DNA of 64,000 nt, taken from contig JBJOMY010000002.1 of NCBI GenBank assembly GCA_046052125.1, positions 192,001 to 256,000 on the forward strand, read 5' to 3'. This document shows, piece by piece, positions 63,711 to 64,000 of the stretch. Below the pieces are notes generated by a model. That model did not search any database. It saw nothing but the letters and a program-made list of their open reading frames with translations, and was not told the DNA's origin. This stretch comes from Cyanobacteriota bacterium. GTDB taxonomy: Bacteria; Cyanobacteriota; Cyanobacteriia; PCC-6307; Cyanobiaceae. The translations under genes were made by a program, and so were the position numbers. The stretch's first letter is position 1. Each line of letters begins with the position of its first letter.

Positions 63711-64000
63711 TTGGCCCAACAGCTCGATCGCCGTCAACCCCTCCATTTCATTGGAGTTGGCGGGATCGGCATGTCAGCGATTGCGGGGATCCTGGCGGAT
63801 CGGGGCTATCAGGTGAGTGGTTCCGACCCGCGCGACAACGCGGTACTGCAGGACCTGCGCAGCCGCGGCGTGCGCGTGTTCCGTGAACAGAGCGCCACCA
63901 CCATCGCCGCGATCCGCAGCGGCACCTCCACCCAGCCGCTGGTGGTGGTGAGTTCGGCCGTGCCCCCCACCAATCCCGAACTGCAGGAAGCGCGCCGGGC
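63711..64000 (+). CDS. murC: UDP-N-acetylmuramate--L-alanine ligase, 3'-truncated by the window edge (not in the ORF track)
   Basis: Translated by hand from TTG 63711: MAQQLDRRQPLHFIGVGGIGMSAIAGILADRGYQVSGSD...VVVSSAVPPTNPELQEA. Confidence 0.93.
   Translation, partial: MAQQLDRRQPLHFIGVGGIGMSAIAGILADRGYQVSGSDPRDNAVLQDLRSRGVRVFREQSATTIAAIRSGTSTQPLVVVSSAVPPTNPELQEARR

Overview
A GC-rich (roughly two-thirds GC by eye), densely coding chromosomal segment from a picocyanobacterium (Synechococcus/Cyanobium-like, judged from psbQ, psb34, sqdBX, gap2, ycf23, ycf37 and tic20). It is almost all core housekeeping genes: acnB (5'-truncated), purU, pstS, dnaK, aroE, rpsF, argG, mraY, purT, sps, uvrB, tilS, asd-dapA-rnj, tig-clpP-clpX-dnaX, rpmI-rplT, thiG, sqdB-sqdX, mrdA, guaA, cbiD, tRNA-Gly(CCC), pdxA, accB, efp, thiL, gap2 and murC (3'-truncated). 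I found no mobile element, CRISPR array, rRNA or clear pseudogene. The best candidate for an undescribed system is at about 54.7-57.1 kb: a SMARCAL1/HARP-like SNF2 translocase divergently paired with a zinc-finger HNH nuclease, the two activities that eukaryotes fuse in ZRANB3, next to a small gene preceded by a LexA-box-like site. Other leads are a long structured asd-dapA-rnj leader with a coupled uORF, an RNase E-like Arg-rich tail on RNase J, a hairpin over the dnaK Shine-Dalgarno with an upstream K-box-like motif, an LRAT/NlpC-P60 gene between clpX and dnaX, and several motifs shared between leaders. All calls come from reading the sequence and recognising motifs; no searches were run.
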